DNA of 64,000 nucleotides from Verrucomicrobiota bacterium (lineage in GTDB: Bacteria > Verrucomicrobiota > Verrucomicrobiia > Limisphaerales > CANJXF01): assembly GCA_038214755.1 (NCBI GenBank), contig JBBQRQ010000006.1, positions 26,142 to 90,141 of the forward strand, written 5' to 3'. The first letter of the stretch is position 1, and every line of letters starts with the position of its first letter. Below, piece after piece: positions 1 to 9,929 of this stretch. The position numbers and the translations under genes were made by a program. Below the pieces are notes generated by a model that was not told where the DNA came from, made no database searches, and saw nothing but the letters and a program-made list of their open reading frames with translations.

Positions 1-699
1 TCCTGGCATATCTATCACAGCGACCCGGAATATTTTCGCAAAAGCATCCGAGACATTAAGGCGAAGCTGGCGAAGTTTCCGCGATTGAAAGAGACGGAAA
101 CAATCATCGACGAATGGAACATGTCGCTCGATCAACCGGTGCTCAATCCGGCCTTCCAGCCTGCATTCATTCTGGAGACGACGCGCATCTTTCACGAGGA
201 AGGATTGAATCGCGGCGCGTATTATCACATCCGGGATTCGTTCGTGGATGAGAAGCAATTTGCAGGTTTCATGTCGAAACCCGGCGCGGCGTTCGTCGCG
301 CAATGGTGGAATGACACGCCGCAATATGACGGGCTGTTCGACCATCAAGGTCGCGCGCGGCCAGGTTATTTTGCCTTTAAACTGATGAGCTTGTTGCAGG
401 GCGAGCAACTTGCCGTTTCTGGCAGCACTGCAAAGGTCCACGCGTTAGCGGCGCAGCGAGGCAAAACTATCAATGTGTTGATTTGGAACTTTGCGCATGA
501 GCAACCCAACAGCGAAGAAGTGACGCTCCAGTTTTCCGCGATCAAGGCGGGAGAGTTTCGGATGTTTCAATTGAATGCGGCGACGAAGTTGAACGAACTC
601 GAATTACTGCAGCGCGGCAACGCGGGCGATTTGTTGCGGCAACCTCTCAAGTTCACTCTGGCGCCTTACGGCATTCGTTGGGTAACGCTCACCCGTTGA
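1..699 (+). CDS. Glycoside hydrolase, GH39-like/clan GH-A (5'-truncated by window edge)
   Basis: Frame is open from base 1 (SWHIYHSDPEYF...TIIDEWN), with the S-W-H-x-Y and I-x-E-W-N motifs of GH39-like TIM barrels and a C-terminal beta-sandwich ending LAPYGIRWVTL. Confidence 0.6.
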   Translation, partial: SWHIYHSDPEYFRKSIRDIKAKLAKFPRLKETETIIDEWNMSLDQPVLNPAFQPAFILETTRIFHEEGLNRGAYYHIRDSFVDEKQFAGFMSKPGAAFVAQWWNDTPQYDGLFDHQGRARPGYFAFKLMSLLQGEQLAVSGSTAKVHALAAQRGKTINVLIWNFAHEQPNSEEVTLQFSAIKAGEFRMFQLNAATKLNELELLQRGNAGDLLRQPLKFTLAPYGIRWVTLTR

Positions 700-780
700 T
701 CAGAAAAAAAGGCGCTCCTGGAGCTTGGGGATCGAGCGGCGTCCGCGATGAGTTCGCCGAAGTTTTGCAAGTCCGAGCAG

Positions 781-1836
781 CTAAAACTGTTTCAAAAACC
801 GCACATCGTTTTCGTAGAACAGGCGGAGGTCGTTGATGCCGTAACGAATCATGGCGATGCGCTCGATGCCGAAACCAAACGCCCAGCCGCTCCAAACTTC
901 GGGATCGTAGCCGACGTTTTCAAAAACTTGCGGATGCACCATTCCGCAACCGGCGATTTCCAGCCAGTCCTTGCCCATTTTTTTTACGAGCGAACTGGAG
1001 AAATCAATTTCAAAACTTGGCTCGGTGTAGGAAAAATAGTGGGGTCGAAATCTCACCTTCACGTCCGGTCCCATCAACTCTTTGAAAACAAATTCCACCG
1101 TCCCCTTCAAGTCGCCGACGGTCACATTTTTATCCACATACAACCCTTCGATTTGATGAAAGGTCGGATTGTGCGTGGCGTCGGCGTTGTCGCGACGAAA
1201 AACGCGACCGAGTGAAATGATGCGCACGGGCGGCGGCTGTTTTTGCATCACGCGTATTTGGACGGAGGAGGTGTGAGTGCGCAGGAGTAATTTACCTTGG
1301 CCTTCACCCCGGCCCTCTCCCCCAGGAGAGGGAGATAGATTCGCGGCGCTCGTCGTCAGATAAAACGTATCCTGGGAATCGCGCGCGGGATGATCGGCCG
1401 GCGTGTTCAGCGCGTCGAAACAATGGAACTCATCTTCAATCTCCGGCCCGTCCGCCACGGCGAAACCGATTTTGCGAAAGGCACGAACGACGTCGTCAGA
1501 AACCTGCGTGAGCGGATGAAATTTGCCGATGGCGCGACGGCGACCGGGCAAAGTAAAATCGGTCGGCTCTTTCGGCAGGGCGGCTTTCGCTTCCAATTCT
1601 GCGCGCCGCTCGGTTAAGGCGTTTTCCAATTCTGTTTTCGTTTGGTTGATGAGTTTTCCGGCGGCGGGACGTTCTTCTTTTGAGAGCGCACCGAGTTGCT
1701 TCATCAGTGCGGTAAATTTTCCGTTCGCGCCCAGGTAAATTCCCTTGGTTTGTTCCAGCGCCGCCAAATCGGAGGCGGATTTTAAATCGCCCAACGCCGC
1801 CGTTTTGAGCGGATCAAGTTCGTTCAGAAAAGACAT
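781..1836 (-). CDS. pheS: Phenylalanine--tRNA ligase alpha subunit
   Basis: HPARDSQDTFY, LLRTHTSSVQIR, FHQIEGL, YFSYTEPSFE, EIAGCGMVHP, GFGIERIAM motifs. Confidence 0.98.
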   Translation of the reverse strand: MSFLNELDPLKTAALGDLKSASDLAALEQTKGIYLGANGKFTALMKQLGALSKEERPAAGKLINQTKTELENALTERRAELEAKAALPKEPTDFTLPGRRRAIGKFHPLTQVSDDVVRAFRKIGFAVADGPEIEDEFHCFDALNTPADHPARDSQDTFYLTTSAANLSPSPGGEGRGEGQGKLLLRTHTSSVQIRVMQKQPPPVRIISLGRVFRRDNADATHNPTFHQIEGLYVDKNVTVGDLKGTVEFVFKELMGPDVKVRFRPHYFSYTEPSFEIDFSSSLVKKMGKDWLEIAGCGMVHPQVFENVGYDPEVWSGWAFGFGIERIAMIRYGINDLRLFYENDVRFLKQF

Positions 1837-2068
1837 AATGCGCAGGGAGTTTTGACAGAATTAACGAAATTCACAGAATTATTTTTTCCTCAGTTTCATT
1901 TGGCCGGGCGCGGTCCAAGTAGTTGGACGGGCTTTTATTCTGTCAAACAATTCCGGACGCGAATGGAGAACGACTTCGCACCCGCCGGAGGCAGATGCTA
2001 CCCGTGCGCAAAGCGGCTCAGAAATTTCCCCGCTTGTTAAGCACTGCACTTTCGGCGAAAAATTCCCG

Positions 2069-3211
2069 ATGCAATCTGCCCCGGCCAACCATTTTTTGCG
2101 CGTGCTTTTTTTGTTCGGCTTCATCGCGTCGGCTTCTGGTCAGACGAATATTTCGGGGAGTGGTTTGACCGAACCAGAGCGATTTCACATCGCGGTGGAG
2201 GCGTTAAGCCGCTTGCACGGAACTGACATCGAGAAAAATCCTGAGTTCAAGCGCGCCGTCGAAAAGATTTTGTCGGCCACGCACGGCACGCCGCGATTTG
2301 TCCAGTTGGTCAAACAGCTTCAACTTAAAAATCAAGACGAAGGTCTTTTGGAGGTTGCGGAAAATTTTCCTGCGAGCGAAGCCGGCGTCGAGGCGATTCG
2401 CCTTATCTTTGAGAATGGAAATTACGGTTTGATGGAAATTTCTTTGCGCGGCACGAACAGCATGAAGCTGGTGGAGGCGCTGGGAAATTCTGGAAAAAAA
2501 GAAGCTTTGTCTCTGCTGATACCGCTGCTGACCGATAGCAGGCGCGATTTAAATCTTCGCAAACAGGCTGTACGCGCGACGGCCCAGACCTCCGATGGTG
2601 CGAATCAGTTGCTGACCTTAGCGAAAGAGGAAAAGTTGCCGCCGGATTTGAAGCTGATCGCGAGCGCCGAATTAAACAAAGCGCGCTGGGAAAATGTGAA
2701 GAGTGAGGCGGAAAAAATTTTACCCCTTCCGCAAAGCCACGATTCCAAACCGCTGCCGTCGCTCGCCGAGTTATCAAAAATGAAAGGGGACGTGGCCAAT
2801 GGTGAGAAAGTTTTTTTCCGCACGGATACCGCGTGCGGCACTTGTCATCAGGTCAGAGGACGCGGCGGCGAAATTGGCCCGGCTCTTTCGGAAATTGGGA
2901 CCAAGCTCGGCAAAGAGGCGTTGTTCGAATCGATTCTCGAACCGAGCGCGGGAATTTCTGTCGGCTACGAAGCGAACCAGGTGGAGCTGAAATCCGGCGA
3001 TGAAGCTTACGGGCTGGTCGTGAGCGAGACGGTTGACGAACTGGTGATGAAAGATTTGAAGGGAATTGTCGCGCGCTACAAAAAAAATGAAATTGAGAAA
3101 CGGCAACAATTGAAAACTTCGATTATGCCGGCGGGTCTGGAACGAACCATGTCAGCGCAGGAGTTGGTGGACCTGGTGGAGTTTCTTTCCACGCTGCGAA
3201 AGACAAATTGA
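2069..3211 (+). CDS. Exported HEAT-repeat protein with PVC-type c-type heme-binding domain
   Basis: Signal peptide; CGTCH heme motif followed by GGEIGPALSEIG...ESILEPSA...SIMPAGL. Confidence 0.8.
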   Translation: MQSAPANHFLRVLFLFGFIASASGQTNISGSGLTEPERFHIAVEALSRLHGTDIEKNPEFKRAVEKILSATHGTPRFVQLVKQLQLKNQDEGLLEVAENFPASEAGVEAIRLIFENGNYGLMEISLRGTNSMKLVEALGNSGKKEALSLLIPLLTDSRRDLNLRKQAVRATAQTSDGANQLLTLAKEEKLPPDLKLIASAELNKARWENVKSEAEKILPLPQSHDSKPLPSLAELSKMKGDVANGEKVFFRTDTACGTCHQVRGRGGEIGPALSEIGTKLGKEALFESILEPSAGISVGYEANQVELKSGDEAYGLVVSETVDELVMKDLKGIVARYKKNEIEKRQQLKTSIMPAGLERTMSAQELVDLVEFLSTLRKTN

Positions 3212-3225
3212 CTTTGTTCACGTTG

Positions 3226-3885
3226 ATGAGCGCAGAAAAATTAATTCCATTGCATGGCGGCTATCGGAAGTTGAAAAGTTTTCAGGTGGCGCAGTTGGCC
3301 TACGATGTGACGGTTCGTTTCTGCGAGCGTTACGTGGAGTGGAAAAGCCGCACCCGCGACCAGATGGTGCAGGCGGCGCGTTCGGGCGTGCAAAATATCG
3401 CGGAGGGCAGCCAAGCCAGCGGGACATCCAAAAAGATGGAACTCAAGCTCACGAGCGTGGCGCGCGCCAGTCTGGAGGAACTGCGGCTGGACTATGAAGA
3501 TTTTTTGAGGCAGCGCGGTCTGGCGCAGTGGCCACGGGAAGACCCGCGCCGGACGGAACTGATAGCGCGGCGGTGCGCCACGGCTGATGAGGTGGCGGAT
3601 TGGGCGCAGGATATGCGCCGACATGGACTGAGTGGACAACGTGAACAGAGTGGACGGGAGAAAGAAAAACAGGAGTCTATCGCGTCCATTCAGTCCACAG
3701 CGTCCACAAAGTCCACTACGTCCACCTATGCGGAAATTTCAGCCAACGGCGTCCTCACACTCCTCGCAGTAGCGTGCAGCCTGCTCGACCGCCAAATCGC
3801 CGCGCAAGAAAAAGCATTCGTGGAAGAAGGCGGTTTCACGGAACGACTCTACCGGGTGCGCAACCACAGGAGAAACCAACCATGA
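3226..3885 (+). CDS. Four-helix-bundle (suffix-domain type) protein
   Basis: GGYRKLKSFQ, DQMVQAARSGVQNIAEGS, VARASLEELRLDYEDFLRQR, EEGGFTERLY; ATG at 3226 preferred. Confidence 0.88.
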   Translation: MSAEKLIPLHGGYRKLKSFQVAQLAYDVTVRFCERYVEWKSRTRDQMVQAARSGVQNIAEGSQASGTSKKMELKLTSVARASLEELRLDYEDFLRQRGLAQWPREDPRRTELIARRCATADEVADWAQDMRRHGLSGQREQSGREKEKQESIASIQSTASTKSTTSTYAEISANGVLTLLAVACSLLDRQIAAQEKAFVEEGGFTERLYRVRNHRRNQP

Positions 3886-3962
3886 TGCCCGTCAAGCGCT
3901 CGTCCCGCACATTGAAAAAGAATGCCTGCCTCGCCTGAATTCAGGCCGGCCCGCGCTGACCG

Positions 3963-5258
3963 CTAAAAAAATGACGCGCTCAATTTTGTTCCGGCGGGCA
4001 CCACGAAGTCAAAATCCTGTTTGGTCAATGGCTGGTTGATTTCGATGTTTTGATAAGTCTCGGTCATCGTGCCCTTCATCTGAGAAGCGAGGGCGCTCAT
4101 ATTTTTCGCGACGGCCTTCATCTGCGCTTGTTGCTCAGTGGTCGGCTTGCCGCCAAGTTGTTTCATTCCTTGCTGGAGTTTTTCCGCGCTCATCTCGGGC
4201 ATTTCCGCTTTTCCACCGAGCACCGTTTGTTTTTGTTTAATCAACGAATTGCTTTTATCGATCCACAAAATCATTTTCAATCCCTGAAGAGTGCCGGCCA
4301 AAACGTAGCAATCGGCGCCATCAATCGTTTCGTCAGCGGTGCGCGTAATGTTCGTCAAGGAGCTTAAAGGATTCGATTCGGTTTTGAAAAAAATCGCGGG
4401 CATGCTTCCGGCCAGACCCCCGGAAATTCCTGTCGCTGCCGCAAGAGCCAAATCGCGATTCTCCATTTTCACGTACTTGGGTGGCGTGCTGGCCCGGAAA
4501 AGAAAATCGCCTGTGCCCGATGACCAGACCGCGCCTTTATTTTTCGTCGGCCCCATTTGACCTTCCCAATCGATGCGATAAAAATCGGGCTTGCCGAGCT
4601 TGATCTGAAATTCCCACTCCTGTTTTTGCGGTTTACTCATCGCTTCCTTGAACTCCTTTGAATCTTTCAAGTCTTTCGGAACCTTGCCCGCCAGGCCTGG
4701 AATATTTTCCGGATCAAGGCCCGACAGATCAAAGATAGAAACGGCGTTGCCGCGGGAACTGTAACTGGTCAACGCTTCGTATTGCGCGGTGACTTTCTGA
4801 AGAATTTCTTCCGCGCCTGGAGTTGGCGAATCGCTCGAACGCGCTGTGCCGCCGGACACACCCTTTGTTTTCTTACTGAGGATTTTTGGCGTAACTGATT
4901 TGCCAGAAGTTGCGCTCCCAGATTTTTCTGCGGAAGGAGGAAAAATCCTGGGAACAAAAACGTAGGCCAGCGCGCCAATCAAAACCAAGCCAACGACGCT
5001 GCCCACGACCACCCCCTTGATTTTGGATTTTGGCTTCGCCGTAAATGGAGGGGGATTGGCAAATGGCGCGGCGGTTTGCGGACGGGTCGGCGGTGACGGT
5101 GCCACAGACAGCCCGGACTTTGACGCGACCGCTCCGGGCGCTGGAGGAACAACGATTTGATTCTTACAAGTTGGACAACCGATCTGTCTCCCGGAGTAGG
5201 CATCGTTGACTTGAATGTGCTGGCCGCAATTCGGGCAGGAAAATTTGAACTCAATCAT
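3963..5258 (-). CDS. Zinc-ribbon + TM-anchored LolA-like (DUF2092-like) protein
   Basis: N-terminal CPNC..CPTC, Pro-rich linker, one TM helix, C-terminus ending INQPLTKQDFDFVVPAGTKL typical of the LolA fold. Confidence 0.65.
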   Translation of the reverse strand: MIEFKFSCPNCGQHIQVNDAYSGRQIGCPTCKNQIVVPPAPGAVASKSGLSVAPSPPTRPQTAAPFANPPPFTAKPKSKIKGVVVGSVVGLVLIGALAYVFVPRIFPPSAEKSGSATSGKSVTPKILSKKTKGVSGGTARSSDSPTPGAEEILQKVTAQYEALTSYSSRGNAVSIFDLSGLDPENIPGLAGKVPKDLKDSKEFKEAMSKPQKQEWEFQIKLGKPDFYRIDWEGQMGPTKNKGAVWSSGTGDFLFRASTPPKYVKMENRDLALAAATGISGGLAGSMPAIFFKTESNPLSSLTNITRTADETIDGADCYVLAGTLQGLKMILWIDKSNSLIKQKQTVLGGKAEMPEMSAEKLQQGMKQLGGKPTTEQQAQMKAVAKNMSALASQMKGTMTETYQNIEINQPLTKQDFDFVVPAGTKLSASFF

Positions 5259-5396
5259 GTGGGCTGCGCTTGGTTGAATGTTGTCGGATTCTCACAGCGA
5301 TGAACGAACTCATTTTCGCAAAAATTTGCAAGAGCGCTTATCCATCGGGGTGATTCGGTGTGATTAAAGTGGGTGAGGTTGGAAGCGATCTGATTC

Positions 5397-5520
5397 TTGG
5401 ACTGCGGGGACACGCCCCCGCTTTGGCTGCACGGTGAAAAAGCCCGCAACCTCATTCTTTTCGAGCACTTCCTCCATCGCGTAACGCGCAGGAAAAGCGG
5501 CGCCATGCCGCCGCAGTCCA
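5397..5520. repeat. REP-like doublet (TTGGACTGCGG...CCGCAGTCCA family)
   Basis: Inverted palindromic pair; related copies at 27378-27478, 28510-28633, 34245-34346, 49082-49170. Confidence 0.8.
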
Positions 5521-5588
5521 CGGAAACCAAATCCCGCCTCACCCGGTTTCAATCACACCCGATTGCACCCCCTACCTGAAGCGGGCCG

Positions 5589-5616
5589 TTGACAACTTCG
5601 CGCTATCCGATACCGT
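5589..5616 (+). promoter_or_regulatory. Putative sigma70 promoter of rpsT
   Basis: TTGACA-16 nt-TACCGT, 26 nt upstream of the ATG. Confidence 0.5.
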
Positions 5617-5642
5617 TCGCCGCTCTGAATTAACAAGAATTT

Positions 5643-5906
5643 ATGCCGAACACAAAATCCGCCGGACGTCGCATGCGCAACAGCGCGCGCAAACAGTTGA
5701 AAAACCGCAGCACGAAATCACGCCTCGGAACGTTGGAAAAAAAATACGCTGATTTTGTCACCGCCGGAAAAAAAACCGAAGCGACCGCCGCTTACGGGGA
5801 ACTCAGTTCCGCTCTGGATAAAGCCGCAAAAAAAGGATCGTTGCATCGCTCAACCGCGAGCCGAAAGAAATCCCGCCTGGCCCTTCGCCTGAATAAAGTT
5901 AAATAA
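5643..5906 (+). CDS. rpsT: 30S ribosomal protein S20
   Basis: MPNTKSA.RRMR...LDKAAKKGSLHRSTASRKKSRL. Confidence 0.98.
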   Translation: MPNTKSAGRRMRNSARKQLKNRSTKSRLGTLEKKYADFVTAGKKTEATAAYGELSSALDKAAKKGSLHRSTASRKKSRLALRLNKVK

Positions 5907-5917
5907 GTCCGATGTGA

Positions 5918-6011
5918 GGAGCGCGGACAGCCTTGTCCGCGTGTTTGGAAAGGACAAAACCCAGGCGTTTCCACTGCTTGAGATTCTCGCGGACAAAGCT
6001 GTCCGCGCTCC
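5918..6011. repeat. REP-like doublet (GGAGCGCGGAC...GTCCGCGCTCC family)
   Basis: Inverted pair between convergent genes; relatives at 14788/15326, 38610-38707, 46782-46849. Confidence 0.8.
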
Positions 6012-6016
6012 ACCCT

Positions 6017-8413
6017 TTAGCGCGATGCCGTGTCTTTTTCGGCGGGCGTCGAAACAATTTGTTGTTCGCCGCGGCGTAATTGGAACGGAACACTTCTCAC
6101 GACTTCGAGAATCAAGTCGTTGAACTTGTAGCCCTTTTTTTCGAGACGCTTGGAAATCTGTTCAATGGCGCAACGATCATACATCTCCATCCCACGGCCC
6201 AGCGCATAAGTCAGCAATTTCTCCGACAGGCAGCGAACAAAGTCGTCGCGTTTTTTCGACGCAAGAATTTTCCGCAGGTCGGTGGCGTCACGAAACGTTT
6301 CTCCGCTGGTCAATTCGCCCGTGGAATCAATCGGCAGATCGCCATCCTGTTTTCGCCACGCGCCGACTCCGTCAAAATTTTCAAAAGCAAAACCGATCGG
6401 ATCCATCCGCGCGTGACAGGAAGCGCACAGCGGGTTGGCGCGGTGTTGTTCCATGCGTTGCCGCAGTGTGCCACTGAGCGCCGCGCCTTTTTCCTCCTCG
6501 AGGTTGGGGACATTTGGCGGTGGCGGAGGCGGTGGGGTTCCAAGAATATTTTCCAAAACCCATTTGCCGCGCTTGACGGGCGAAGTGCGCGTTGGATTCG
6601 ACGTGAGCGTCAGAATGCTGCCCTGCGTCAAAATTCCCGCGCGCCCCGTTCCTTTCAAACTGACGCGCTGAAATTGTTCGCCGAAATTCCCCGCAATCCC
6701 GTAGTGCGATGCTAGTCGTTGATTGACGAACGTGTAGTTGGCGGTGAGGAAATCGAAGACGCTGCGATTTTCTTTCAAGACCGATGCGAAGAACAACTCG
6801 GTTTCCTTGCGCATGTCCGCGCGAAGGTCGTCATCGAAGGTTGGAAATTTTTCCGAGTCGGGCATGACGAGATTCAAATTGCGAATTTGCAACCATTGCC
6901 CGGCGAAATTCTCGACGAGTGCGGAAGATTTTTTGTCGCCCAACATCCGGCGGATTTGTCGCTCCAAATTTTTGCGCAACGTCCCCTGCTCCGCCAGCCG
7001 CACCAGTTCGTCATCGGGCATGCTGCTCCACAAGAAATAGGAAAGACGCGACGCCAGAGCAAACTCGTCAATCGGGTGAATAGACTTGGAATCGTTCGGG
7101 TCGGTCTGCAATTCGCCGCGAAAAAGAAAATGGGGAGAGACGAGCACCGCTTGCAACGCCAGTTTAATTCCACTCTCGAAATTTTCTCCCTCGCTTTGCG
7201 CGAGATCGACGAACCGGACAAGACGCTCCACTTCGCCGGAAGAAATGGGGCGGCGATAGGCGCGCCGCACAAAATTATTTATGACTTCACGAGCGTAAGT
7301 TTTCCTTTCGTTGGTGTCGGCAGGAACGGCTTTGGTGAAAATACGTTGATGAGATTCGGGTAAAACTGGCGGCCCGGCCGGCCCGATTATTTCCAAATAT
7401 TCAATGACAAGATTGCGGTCGCGCCGGTCGGGGTCCGGCTCATCTTTGTTGTAATAATTATTGATATAAGCCGCCGCGATTTTTTTTGCGCCGCCGCTCG
7501 TATGAAAAGGAAATTCGTAAGTGGCCGGAGCGCTTTCGACGGCGGCCACATCGAACGTTTTCAAAACTTCGCCATCGATTTTCAATTCCATTTTGGGCGG
7601 TTCACGGCCGGCTTGTTCGCCGAAAGCGCGCGCGCGAAAGATGTAATCGCCCTCCCTCGGAAAATTGCAGGAGGTAAAGATTTCGCCCTCGCGCGACAAC
7701 CGGTAGCTGCGACCCTGAACATTTCCATCTTTCGTGGTGGACTGAATTTTTCCCGCCTCAAATCGCACGGTGGTTCCGTTTGTGGAAAAGTCCGTGACAA
7801 TCGCTTTGCGCAAAATCTTTTCCGCCGCCGCCAGATATTTTTCCAACAAGATCGGCGACAGGGAAAGAACATCGCCAATGTTGTCGAAGCCGTAACCGGT
7901 ATCGTCGGCGGGGAAATCATCGGCTGGATGAAAATCGACTCCGAGCAAATCGCGAATCGTGTTGTTGTATTCAGTGCGATTGAGCCGATGCAGCGTAACG
8001 CGGCCCGGATCGGGATGGTCGCAATCGCAGTTAAAAATTTCCGCTTCGATCCATTTGGTGAGGAGCGCTCGTTCCGCCTCGGAAGGTTGCGGTTTGTTTT
8101 CCGGCGGCATTTCGCGGGTCTGGACATTGTGCAAAACTTTTTCCCAAATCGGTTTCTCTTTCAAAACGGCGGCTAAATTTTCGAACGTCTGGAGAGAAAG
8201 ATCGGCTTTTTTCTTCGTCTCTCCGTGACAGCCATAACAATATTTTCCGAGCAGCGGCTTAACGTCTTGCTCAAAACTTTTTGGCAATGCGCTGCCGGCA
8301 TGTTTGCTTTTTCCGGAAACTGCGGCAATGGAATGCGGCGCGAATGCGAGGACGAGCAGAGCGACAACCGCCCGCGCGATGGAGAAAGGTTGAAAAACAA
8401 TTTGGCAACGCAT
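6017..8413 (-). CDS. DUF1592/DUF1588/DUF1595/DUF1587 protein with planctomycete cytochrome c domain
   Basis: CYGCH, RLNRTEYNNTIRDLLG, LASRLSYFLWSSMPD, RTSPVKRGKWVL, CASCHARMDPIGF; start at 8413 preferred because the upstream extension is REP sequence. Confidence 0.92.
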   Translation of the reverse strand: MRCQIVFQPFSIARAVVALLVLAFAPHSIAAVSGKSKHAGSALPKSFEQDVKPLLGKYCYGCHGETKKKADLSLQTFENLAAVLKEKPIWEKVLHNVQTREMPPENKPQPSEAERALLTKWIEAEIFNCDCDHPDPGRVTLHRLNRTEYNNTIRDLLGVDFHPADDFPADDTGYGFDNIGDVLSLSPILLEKYLAAAEKILRKAIVTDFSTNGTTVRFEAGKIQSTTKDGNVQGRSYRLSREGEIFTSCNFPREGDYIFRARAFGEQAGREPPKMELKIDGEVLKTFDVAAVESAPATYEFPFHTSGGAKKIAAAYINNYYNKDEPDPDRRDRNLVIEYLEIIGPAGPPVLPESHQRIFTKAVPADTNERKTYAREVINNFVRRAYRRPISSGEVERLVRFVDLAQSEGENFESGIKLALQAVLVSPHFLFRGELQTDPNDSKSIHPIDEFALASRLSYFLWSSMPDDELVRLAEQGTLRKNLERQIRRMLGDKKSSALVENFAGQWLQIRNLNLVMPDSEKFPTFDDDLRADMRKETELFFASVLKENRSVFDFLTANYTFVNQRLASHYGIAGNFGEQFQRVSLKGTGRAGILTQGSILTLTSNPTRTSPVKRGKWVLENILGTPPPPPPPNVPNLEEEKGAALSGTLRQRMEQHRANPLCASCHARMDPIGFAFENFDGVGAWRKQDGDLPIDSTGELTSGETFRDATDLRKILASKKRDDFVRCLSEKLLTYALGRGMEMYDRCAIEQISKRLEKKGYKFNDLILEVVRSVPFQLRRGEQQIVSTPAEKDTASR

Positions 8414-8483
8414 CGTGCTGGAATCTAGCGGCGGTCGGTCGCAAAAACAATTCGAGACAAAAGAATTTTGCGGGGCTGAAGAG

Positions 8484-8591
8484 GTAGCGCAGGTTTGGAA
8501 CCTGCCGTATCGCAGGTTTGCAACCTGCTGGATGTCGCGACGTCCTGCCGGTTGCAAACCGGCGATACAGCAGCTTGCAAAGCTGCGCTAC
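8484..8591. repeat. REP-like element (GTAGCGCAG...CTGCGCTAC family)
   Basis: GTAG-terminated composite inverted repeat; copies at 13380-13531, 43039-43478 (interrupted), 52395-52509, 54658-54766. Confidence 0.85.
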
Positions 8592-8607
8592 GCTCTACTC
8601 ACAATTC

Positions 8608-8705
8608 AGCCGTTTTAACGGCTTCCGTGCGTTGCGATAAGCCGTTGAAACGGCTGAATCTCTCGTCGCACGCCAGACACCGGGCTAAAGCCACGGCGCT
8701 AGTGA
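8608..8705. repeat. REP-like element (AGCCGTTTTAACGGCT / CCGGGCTAAAGCCACGG family)
   Basis: Same motifs recur at 62270-62512. Confidence 0.75.
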
Positions 8706-8906
8706 GAAATGGAAATGGAGACACGTTGAGCCAAAAGAATTTTGCCGTGAGGAAACCGAACGCGTCATCCAAATCCGTTGTCGAAATAAATTTCCGGACC
8801 GACGCGCCGATTTCCAAATCGGCACGACGTCATTGCAACGAGCCGCACCGGAGTTCGGCGTTCCGTTGGCAAGACGCCTTTCGGGAAATTATTTTGGCAA
8901 CCCGGT

Positions 8907-9929
8907 TCAAAACTTTATCCCAATGGTCGAACGAATTTGTAAATCGTTTCGTCCTACGGTCGGAGCGGGTTGGGTGTCGTAAAGATCAACCACCGTTAAA
9001 TTGAACGAGAGATTTTCCAGAAGCCAATAGCGGAGATTGCTTTCGAAACGCAACCGAAAATCCTGGAGATTGACCTGGGGAAAGAATTCAAACTTTTCGT
9101 CGAAGGACAAGGACTTGGAAATTTTCCAGGTTAAATCTTCGGCAAGACGATAAAAAAAACGTTCAGTGCGCGCGGCGTTTTGGAGATATTGCACCTGATA
9201 GTTCATGCCGACTTCCGTGTTGAAAACCAGATTGCTGCGAGTCAGCACGTGGTAGCCGAGGCCCGGGCCGAATTCGTAACGCAAATCGATCTTGCGGATT
9301 TCGTCGAAACCCGCGCCGACCACGTTGTAAGCGAAGAAGCGGCGTTCCTTGCCCAAATCGAAATCGGTTTTCGAGTTGCCGTCCATCCGGTTGGCCGAGA
9401 GGAGTCCGTCGGTCGTCCCGTAAGCCGCATTGTATTCGAAGATGTTTCGGAAACGGTCGATCAATCTCGATCCGCCAATCGGTCCTGTCGGCAGCGGCGT
9501 GTAAGCGATTCTGAATTTTCCATAATAAAGTTGGCGGGTCGTCTCACTCAGACCGACATCCGCGCCGACTTGAACGTCTCCATGCCAGGCCGTTGGCGCC
9601 TTGGATTTTTCGGGGGATTTTGCAGGCGGAATGACTGGCGCGGTTTTGACCAATGGAACTGCGTTGGTCAGCGGAGCGTTAGTCGCGGCCAGGACTGTGG
9701 GTGAAACTATTTCGCGCGCTTGGATTTCCACAATTGGAATGACGATGGCCGCCGCCCAACTATTGCTGATGGTAACTTGATTGGTCGTTTCAAAAATTAT
9801 TTTCCCAGTCAATCGATCTCCATTGCGCAGCTTGAACGCGACGGTTTGAGAATGCAGCGCGACGGGGAATATCGACAGCAGACCAATCAATATGACCGCT
9901 GGTGAAAAATTATTTTTTAGGTGGCGCAT
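8907..9929 (-). CDS. DUF481-like outer-membrane beta-barrel protein
   Basis: Signal peptide, LRNGDRLTG N-terminal motif, amphipathic strands, terminal Phe (STIGIKF). Confidence 0.8.
   Translation of the reverse strand: MRHLKNNFSPAVILIGLLSIFPVALHSQTVAFKLRNGDRLTGKIIFETTNQVTISNSWAAAIVIPIVEIQAREIVSPTVLAATNAPLTNAVPLVKTAPVIPPAKSPEKSKAPTAWHGDVQVGADVGLSETTRQLYYGKFRIAYTPLPTGPIGGSRLIDRFRNIFEYNAAYGTTDGLLSANRMDGNSKTDFDLGKERRFFAYNVVGAGFDEIRKIDLRYEFGPGLGYHVLTRSNLVFNTEVGMNYQVQYLQNAARTERFFYRLAEDLTWKISKSLSFDEKFEFFPQVNLQDFRLRFESNLRYWLLENLSFNLTVVDLYDTQPAPTVGRNDLQIRSTIGIKF

Noticed and set aside
3226..3885. Four-helix-bundle gene as Avd of a diversity-generating retroelement
   Set aside because: No reverse transcriptase or TR/VR pair in the window.
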